Positions 61,574-64,000 of a stretch of DNA of 64,000 bases are shown in pieces. Under the pieces are notes generated by a model that ran no database searches, was not told where the DNA came from, and saw only the letters and a list, made by a program, of their open reading frames with translations. The stretch lies in the NCBI RefSeq assembly GCF_009914755.1, contig NC_060928.1; one strand, written 5' to 3'. The first letter of the stretch is position 1. The number at the start of each line of letters is the position of its first letter. The translations under genes were made by a program, and so were the position numbers. The DNA is from the human T2T-CHM13v2.0 reference genome, Homo sapiens.

Positions 61574-62430
61574 TGAACTCCTGAGCTCAGGCAGTCCACC
61601 CCACCTTATTCTCCCAAAGTGCTAGGATTACGGGCATGAGCTGCTGCACCTGGCAAAAACAAATGTTTTGTTTCTTCTTTCTACCTCCACTGACTCTAAT
61701 ATATTTTTGTAGCTTCGATTTTAACCCTTAAATTAGTGTTAGATCTATTTAGTTCCTCTTTCATATTCTTTCCTCTTTATGTATGTTAACTCTGTAGTTG
61801 GACACTTAATTTTTAAAAACATTTTTGAATATTTTTCCTTTGTGCTGTTCTTTCCATCCTGCCTCTTTTCTGGGACTGAGCAGATCAAGAAATAAAGAAG
61901 GGTCTTAAGTTTGGTCTTAAGTTTTAAAAACTTAAATCTGGTCTTAAGTTTTAAAAAAATTCTAAGATTAGCTTGGAGGCTTCATTATGTTCTTAACAAA
62001 TATTTCTTTGCCTCCATAAAGCTACACAATATGGATGTTTGAAGTATTTTCTATTATTGTTCCCATCATTGTGTTGTAAAATGCTTGGGGTTGTGGGATA
62101 AATTAATGTGTGTTTTTTTTTTTTTTTTTTTTGAGACGGCGTCTTGCTCTGTTGCCAGGCTGCAACCTCTGCCTCCCGGGTTCAAGTGATTCTCCCGCCT
62201 CAGCCTCCTGAGTAGCTGGGACCACAGGCGTGCACCACCATGCCCAGTTAATTTTTGTATTTTTGATAGAGACGGGGTTTCACCATGTTGGCCAGGATGG
62301 TCTCGATCTCTTGACCTCGTGATCCACCCACCTTAGCCTCCCAAAGTGCTGGGATTACAGGCGTGAGCCACTGCGCCTGGCCTAATATGGAGATCTTTTA
62401 AAGGAGCACTTGCTGTTACTAAAAGCCTAA

Positions 62431-62640
<210 letters not shown>

Positions 62641-62664
62641 TAAAAAAATAATGTGCATAGTCTG

Positions 62665-63680
62665 GCTTACTTTTAATTTTGAAATAGTTTCAAACTTATA
62701 GAAAAGTTGCAGGAATAGCACAAAGAACTCTACATAGGGGTTCATTCATACTAAACTAATTGTTAATATTTGGTGCATTTACTTTAAAATTTGTGTATCT
62801 ATTTATCTATTTTAATTTTCTTCCTTAAATGTTTGAGAGTAATTGCAAGACATCATGCTCCTTTACCCCTAAATGCTTTAGTGTGTATTTTCTAAAAATA
62901 ATTGTATAGTTGTCAGTTCTCTAGATAGTATTATAGGGATAGATTATAAAAATTAGGAAATTTAACACTGATAGACTGTTATCTAATTAATCCCCAGCCC
63001 ATATTCAGAATTTACTAATTGTCCTAGTTATAGCCTTTCTAGCAATTTGATTTCATTGCAGGATCCAATTAAGAATCATACCTTACATTTAGTTATCATT
63101 TCTCTTCAGCCTCTTTTAATCTGAAACAGTTTTGAAAACTTCCTTTGTATTTTATGACATAGACATTTCTGAAGAAGGCTGTGCTTTTGTAGGATGTCCC
63201 TCAATTTGGATTTTTCTGATGGTTCCTCATTCTTAGATAGAGTTTTATAATTTTGGCAGGAAACCATATAAATGATATTGGGTCCTTCTGCGTTCATTAC
63301 ATCAAGAGGCACATGCCATCAGTTCGTTCCATTTGATTACATGGTGAAAGTTGTATTTGCAGTTGTAAACGTATTTTTCTCTCTTTGTGTTTAATATGCA
63401 GTTTGAGACTGAATAGCCTATTGCTCATCAAACTTTCACCATCTAGTTTTAGCATTCATTGATTATGATTCTTGCCTGAATCAGTATTACTATGATAGTC
63501 GCAAAATGGTGATTCTCTTAACTCTAGTCATTCCTTGTAGGTTTATTATTTGGCATTCTACTCCTGAGTAAGAGCTTTCCCTTCTTCCCCATATTTATTG
63601 TGTGTAAGGACTTATGGATTATTATTTTATTCAACCTGTTATATCCTAATATTGTCATTATTTACTCAGTTGCTCTGTAG
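62665..63680 (-). mobile_element. Old L1M (L1MB/MC/ME-type) 3' fragment
   Basis: ttttaattttgaaatagtttcaaacttatagaaaagttgcaggaatagcacaaagaactc, typical of an L1M 3' end. Confidence 0.6.
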
Positions 63681-63772
63681 ATACTTAAGAATTTTTTAAA
63701 AATTAGTTTTATCAACCGGATGTTATCCTTTGACTTCTTACATGTTTTTGAGTATTGTGAACAATTTTCTGA

Positions 63773-64000
<228 letters not shown>

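Overview
Human (or closely related great-ape) genomic DNA, very rich in Alu elements. It contains the complete NDUFC1 gene on the minus strand: three coding exons giving the 76-aa complex I subunit, a 3'UTR-only last exon, and candidate upstream non-coding exons. It also contains the first six coding exons of NAA15 (NatA auxiliary subunit) on the plus strand. The two genes sit head-to-head around a CpG island at about 20.9-22.2 kb. Nearly all ORFs in the supplied track are Alu-derived artefacts. The rest of the window is Alu, MIR, old L1/L2, MaLR and ERV1 LTRs, Tigger/Charlie DNA transposon fossils, and one U6 pseudogene. The most notable observations are: a U12-type (minor spliceosome) GT-AG intron 3 in NAA15; a candidate 59-nt NDUFC1 5'UTR exon that is one whole uORF with a stop codon created by splicing; overlapping divergent transcription; a four-level nested transposon with most TSDs intact; a near-consensus AluYa5-like insertion; and several rearranged Alus. 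I found no convincing previously undescribed biological system. Repeat boundaries and subfamily names were assigned by eye and are approximate.
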